A stretch of 64,000 nucleotides of DNA from Selaginella moellendorffii (Eukaryota > Plantae > Lycopodiophyta). Below the pieces are notes generated by a model, which worked only from the letters and a program-made list of their open reading frames with translations, made no database searches and was not told where the DNA came from. The stretch covers positions 163,729 through 227,728 of the forward strand of contig NW_003314272.1 in the NCBI RefSeq assembly GCF_000143415.4. Reading direction: 5' to 3'. The position numbers and the translations under genes are program-made. Within the stretch, counting starts at the first letter, position 1; each line of letters starts with the position of its first letter. Below are positions 58,128-64,000 of the stretch, piece after piece.

Positions 58128-61100
58128 ATTGCATGGAACACCATGCCATAATAAGTTACATTTTTAAATAAATACATGCCATCTCAGACTGTTATTTTTT
58201 GCCTCCAACGCCTATACAATAATCTTGGAATTTCATCACTCTCCACACTATCAGGATTTAAACCCAATAGTAATGCCATCTCTTCTCTAATACGTACACG
58301 CTCATGTTCAGTGGTCGAAGAACCCATCCGGTTGAGCAGATTATGGAGATGCGGATAGTGCTTGGCTAGACAATATACATGCCATAAATGATGACTGGTG
58401 TTTGTCCGATCAAATGGCTTCTGATATACCGTTCCATCTGCCATTTGGTTGATTTCTGCAGCCACCTCCTGGACTGGCCGGTTCTCTATCACCATCGCTC
58501 CAAGCCGTTTTGCAAGGTCCCCCAGAACATACGGTTTCTTCTCCCTAGTTTCCATACTGCAAGAGATGGGGTGCACTGCATATGTGTGCGTATTCGCTGC
58601 AGTTTTAATCGGCGAGTCATCAATGATGAGGATTTCACTTGAGCTAGCAGTCCGGTTCATCACTACAGCCTCTGGCTTGACGAAGATGGGCTTGCTACCC
58701 CTCACATGGACCATAGTCAAGCAATCCTCCTGCGTTAGGAGAAAGTCAAATGGTAATATTACTCGCGTCTGATCGTGCATCATCTGTAGCAACGTTAATG
58801 CATTGTGGCGCATCATGGATGTCCAAACTCCCAATTGCAAATTGAACCCGGCCCTCTGTTTTAAGTGTCGCATGGTCATTATTAGATCCCGCAGTTTCTC
58901 CCGTGTGATTAATGTGAATCTGTCTCTTTTGACCAACTTGCGACCGCAGGCTTTGGAGGGTGCAATGACATTCGAGGACGAGCCACGCTCATGGGAGAAA
59001 AGGACACCGTTCAGATCAAAAACGATACAGTACCTTCGCCGTGACTCTGAAATGAAATGCGTCAGCATAAAAAATGGTACAAGTCAATTTTACCATCTAC
59101 AATATTAGCGAATGTTGCTCCCGATGGTCGTTGAGAGGGTTTTGGTCGAGGAAACGTGAAGGGCGGAAATACTCTCCTCTGCAATGTGGGGTCAATCGCA
59201 TCCGATGGCGTGTGGGCACATGCCATTTCAGCTGTAGACTCTGGTACAACTGGCTCAACAGTGGCATGGGGTGGTTCCGATGGCGTGTGATCACACGCCA
59301 TTTCAGCTGGTGCCTCCGTTGGCAAAGTGGACATGACCGAACAAGCAGCAGGGGCGGTGTAGGGAGGTTCCAACGGCGCGTAGTCAGACGATTGGGCACA
59401 CGTTGAGTCCATTGGAAATGAGGATACGACCGGCTCGGCGGCTGGGGCGGCCTCATGTGGGTCCAATGGTGCCTGGTCACCGTCAGTTGGATACGTGGAC
59501 AAGATTGACTCAGTGGTATGGGCAGCATCAAGTGGAGCGTGGTCAGCTTGCTTGGCGTTGATATGGATAGTAGCCTCCACCAGCTCTGATGACTCTTGCA
59601 GCCAAGTAGAGTCCACTGGCGGATCCATATGCATGTCCAAATATCTCCCTTCGATTGAGATGGTATCCTCCCGTGCTACTAAAAACAAACTCATTAGCAC
59701 ATTGAATCGACTATACTGTATTTACCATCAACTGCTATTGAGGAACTAGGACCGATATCACTTGAGCGCACTGCTGATTCTGAAGGATTGGACATACGTT
59801 TCGACCCTTGCTTGGCACTATCCTTCCTCGACACTAAAGGCTAGAGTTTGTAAATTCAACTGAATAATCTCTACTTACCATTTGCTCTGCGACCTACATG
59901 GACAATGTTAGAAATAGTAAAAGGTTAGGAATGGATGTATTATTATTTACCTGATGGTTTGTCTTGTATGACCTTCCTCCGCCGCTCTTTGGCCACCTCA
60001 GGCTGGCCATCGTCGTCATCATCGTCGTCGTCGTTATTGTGATCGTCACCATTGTGAGGACCATCCAAGTCCTCTTCGTCCTCCTCTTCTTTGTCCTCCT
60101 CTTCTTTGTCCTCCTCTTCGTCCTTCTGCTCTTCTTGCTCATTATCTTTCTCTGGCTCCTCATCCCCCTCCTGCATTTCTTCCATAGGCTGCTCAGGCTG
60201 GATGGCTTGTTCTTCCAGGACCATCTTGGGAAAATCATCTGGCCGAGTCTCCATCTCAAAATACAAGACATCCATAGCTTGTTTTAGTGCGTGACCTAGG
60301 ACCGTATCCTCACCCGACTGTCTTAACATGGTTTCTGCACGTTCTTGCACCCTTCGAAGACGACGAGATGAGAAAAACGTGGCCCTGCCTTGAAAAGCTT
60401 CCCTCATCCATTGTACCTCTCCATTGAGATTGGGGAAGGGGAGTCCGCCATAGGAATCTGAGTCATGAGGTGGTGACTGCCTGCTTTCACTCAGCCCTTG
60501 ATCTGCAATGAATGGCATGAGCACACACGCCATAACCGCGAGGCATTACCTATCATCTTTTCGTTGCCCTTCTTCCTTTTCGAATCAAACGCCTCTGATC
60601 TCGACGACTGTCCAACGTGCTTTCGCTTTTTATGACCACTGTCAGTTTGAGCTTGGCTGGTGCTTGCCTGTTTTGCCTTTGAAGAAGTTTCTCCTGCAAG
60701 GAATGGCATGAGACCACACGCCATTGCAAATATAATTTGTACCTCCTTTTTTCCTATTGCTTTTCTGTTTGTCCTTCTTCGATGCGCCACCAGTGCGCTT
60801 TTCAGTCCTCGTGTCTAAATATTCACAACGATCTATAATCAAAATGGCGTGAGGCCTCACGTGACCTTACCTTGTGCAGGTTGTGAGCTCGGCCCAACAT
60901 GGGTATCTTCAAAAGTAGCTGTTAACGCCGTTTCAGCATCTGGGGGTGGCCACGCTCCTGCATACAGAGCTTGTGAGATAACATTTAAACTTAAAGTGTG
61001 TACTCACCAGGTTCGCAGAGAAGATACTGTTTTTCTTTGGCAACTGTAATTATATGCTCCATTGAAGTCATCTCTTCAATGGAGTTTGTCACCGCAACAC

Positions 61101-63778
61101 AAGGGACACCCTTGAGTAGTGCGGCTCGAAAGAATAGTCCGCCGCAGTTGTACTCGACAACGCATTTGCCCTTGGAGTCGGAAGCAGATGACCCACCCGC
61201 TATTGCGTTGAAGACCCAGCTGAGCATTTCCCATGCTGCACCTGGAGCTTTCTTTGGATTCGAAAGCTCCATAGCCGTCTTCAGTTCCTCAGGCACGGGT
61301 AAATTGACCTCCCTCAGATCAATTCGATTGGCCTTGTCGAACGAAGCTGGGAAGTCACTCCAGTCCCACTCTGCTGCAGGACCAATAACAAGGGCGAGTG
61401 TGAAGATGCGGACATTCGTCGGTATCTTCTTCTTAGCCATTATCCCATGGATCTCCCGCATCTCCTTGCCTTTCAACCGAGCCTTCACCTCGTTCAAGGC
61501 CTTCCAGAACTTGTGATAGGATTCGGAGTCGTAGATCATATAGTGGACTGAAGATTCCACCTCCGCAAGTCCCACCATTAAGTCAATGATGGAGCTGACT
61601 TCGTCTGCATGAGTGATCTCCTCGTTTGTGAAGTCCATCACACAAAAGATGTTCTTGACCTGCTCATCTCCGCGGGAAACGATGCTCCTCCACCTTTGAT
61701 CCTCATCCGAATTCAAGTATACCCGGTAAGGTTCTCGATAGGCCTCTGCTGCGGGGTCGAGCTGTTTCTGAAGCCGGCGGTCGACATCAATCTTAATGAA
61801 ATTTGGATACTGATCCAACTTCTCAGCTTTACTTTTCGTGGCATCCCGCAGCAGATCGATGAACTTGGGGGCCCCCTTCACGTACTCGTCGATGTCTTCA
61901 TTTGACAACTCCAGCGCTTCCATCATCTCTTGCGTGGTGTCGATGCTCACCCTCTCCACGGCCACTTGCTCGAAGATCCAATCCTTCAATAGCGCACGAG
62001 CTCTCAGAGTCGTGCACAAGTCCTCGTATGTCACAATATGGCCGGGAGTCATTTTGGTCTTGTTGAAGACAACCTCACCACGTAGAAGAGCATTAGCCAC
62101 TGTCAGAAGGTCGTCGTCGTCTAGAGACCGCGAGAAACGCAAGGCGTTGAGCTTCAAATCATTGGGCTTCCGGCCGTCCTCCACACCCATTGAGTTTGGC
62201 AACTCCCCGTCATGGTACCTCCTCAGCACATCTACCCATTTGTCAAAAACAACTTTTGTCGCGAGTAGAATGTTATGGATGCTGAGTGTGTCATTGACCC
62301 CCAGTGTTTTCGAGAGAAGACTCAAGAATTCCTGCAATGGAAATGGCATGAGGCCACATGCTATGCCACATGCAACGAGGCTTACCTGCCAGGCGCTAGT
62401 TGCTAGTGCACGTCCTTGTCCTGGTTTTTGTGGCTTCTTCAGTTGAACCCAGAGCTTCCGTGTTCGTGCCAATGTCTCGTGCAGACCCGATTTGTAGCAC
62501 GTTTCTTGCTTGACATTCTGCGCGTGGGAGATGTATATGATAGATCGGAGGGGCGAGTTGCCTTTTATCAGGCGGACAACTCTTGTCTTGAAGACTTTCT
62601 TCACCTCCTCGCCCACCATAATATCCACAACTATCTCTTGCATCGCCAAGCTAGAATGCTGCCCGGAGACGGCATAGAACCGGATGTTCTGATCGTCCAA
62701 CACCTTCCTATTGATCAAGTCTGGAAACCTCGTCTCGCCCTTCATTGTTCGGTAGTAGGGGATCACGTCTGCGATGTCGGGTGTTACTGGACTTGCCAGC
62801 ATCTTCTGCTTCAGTTTCTCCACCCACTCATCAGATACTAGCCTGTGGTTGTATTTGCTTTGGATGTCGATACGGCTCACGTCGATTGTATATACATTGT
62901 TGGAATAGTAACAAGTACTATTATCTGCGACGATTTTTGCTGCCTCTTCTTGCTCTTTCTGCTCTTTGCGGCTCTTCTTTTTGGTGGGTGTAGTGTTCGA
63001 ACCCGAGGCAATGGCATCACTAAGTAGCTTCTTTTTTGGAGCAGGAGAGTCGGACGTCGGCTTGAGCTTGACCACCCTTTTCTGCTTTGAGGTAGTTTCC
63101 AGATCGACCCCCTTCCCCTTTGCTTCGCGAACTGGAGTCACTCTCAACGGCTCAATGTTGGAATATAGTTTTTGAACATCGCCGTAGGTGAGGTCCGTGG
63201 ATTCCATGTGATCTTCATAGACCCGCAGCGTCTTTGAAATTGTGGGCCTCCTGGACAACCTCTCCCTAGCTCCCTCTAGGAATTCCTCATAGCCGCTGCC
63301 CCCCTCCGGGAAGCCGCTAGGATGTGCAAGGTGGATCTTGAAGGCAGACGCTGTCTCTACCACAAGTGCCAGTCCATATTCTTGCATGGAACTGCATGGA
63401 GTGTCTGTCACTTGGATGAGGATCCCCATGCATTCTTTTCTCCCACCATCTGTGTTGTACAGCCTCAGATCCTCGCCTTCTATCCCGAAAGTCCAACTGG
63501 TGAGCTCCTCCCCCTTCTCTGCATCCACATTGACAGTGGCTGGAAGAAGAACGCAATTCCTCGCCTGTTCAGAAATGCACAACAATTAGAGCTGACAGAT
63601 GAAAAGCTAGTAGCTGGAAATAACGTGAGGCCACACGCCATTCACCACTGCATCAGATGTCTTGAGGCTGCATCCTAAGATGGCGTGAGGCTACACGCCA
63701 TCTGTAACCGGACTGCACTCGAGAGCCCAATCGGTGCATGCCAATGTTGCTACTGAATGGCATGTGGCCTCATGCCAT
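58128..63778. repeat. Dispersed 22-bp palindrome family ATGGCRTG-N6-CAYGCCAT (~10 copies)
   Basis: Copies at 58128, 59205, 59280, 60512, 60703, 60844, 62343, 63620, 63680 and 63757; half-site near 57849. Confidence 0.85.
58184..63564 (-). CDS. Large multi-exon gene (>1500 aa, 5' end not defined): ParB/DGQHR-like region, degenerate amino-MTase-like region, acidic and Pro-rich linkers, C-terminal FCP1/NIF-type HAD domain; probably transposon cargo
   Basis: ORFs joined by GT-AG introns 62332-62385, 60958-61007, 60815-60870, 60694-60742, 60503-60549, 59894-59950 (then a 15-nt microexon and two further introns) and 59047-59093; motifs FYAVSGQH, VVEYNCGG, IVFDLNGVL, GVWTS, LIIDDSPIK. Confidence 0.65.
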
Positions 63779-64000
63779 TTTCTACTTGGCCTAAAAGACT
63801 TACCATTTGAAGCCGAATGGAGGCGTGACAACCGGACTCGCTGGCGAATGTGCACTGTGTGTGCAGCGGATTGTAGCAGCAAGGCTACTCTGCCACTTAC
63901 AGTTGGAGAGTGGCGCTGAAATCTCCCGGGACGCCAAGTGGGCTGCGTGTGGGTGGCGGAGTGGGCGGCGGAGTTGGCGGCGAAGTTACAAACTGGGTGT

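Noticed and set aside
58128-63778. CRISPR-like interpretation of the repeated palindromes
   Set aside because: Irregular spacing (75 bp to >1 kb), eukaryotic context and no cas genes

Overview
Eukaryotic nuclear DNA from a very compact early-diverging land-plant genome, most likely the lycophyte Selaginella (inferred from ~45-65 nt introns, intergenic gaps often <200 bp, S-repeat-rich PLS PPR genes and an iota-type GST). Bases 1-44.4 kb are gene-dense, with about 23 protein genes and one tRNA-Thr(CGT): XPD, ABC1K1, two PLS-PPRs, GGPPS, EMB1273-like, SQD2, SPCS2, an orphan, ispF, GST-iota, FPP, a head-to-head pair of HAD paralogues, CGLD27, MAX2, SmD1, an ARM protein, a tetraspanin, a Tat-signal M16 peptidase, APUM23/NOP9 and an atypical histidine-decarboxylase-like gene. 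From ~44.7 kb the window is transposon-derived: a decayed LINE, then nested Ty3/gypsy elements including a complete chromovirus (48257-55810, TSD GTGAC), then a large multi-exon minus-strand gene (58184 to at least 63564). Two observations stand out. (1) The chromovirus integrase is interrupted by two short GT-AG sequences (47 and 52 nt) whose exact removal restores conserved integrase motifs, i.e. apparent spliceosomal introns inside a retrotransposon pol. (2) The terminal gene appears to fuse a ParB/DGQHR-like domain, a degenerate amino-DNA-methyltransferase-like segment and an FCP1/NIF HAD domain, and carries ~10 copies of a 22-bp palindrome (ATGGCRTG-N6-CAYGCCAT), several inside its own introns. 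All assignments come from reading the sequence by eye; no searches were run.
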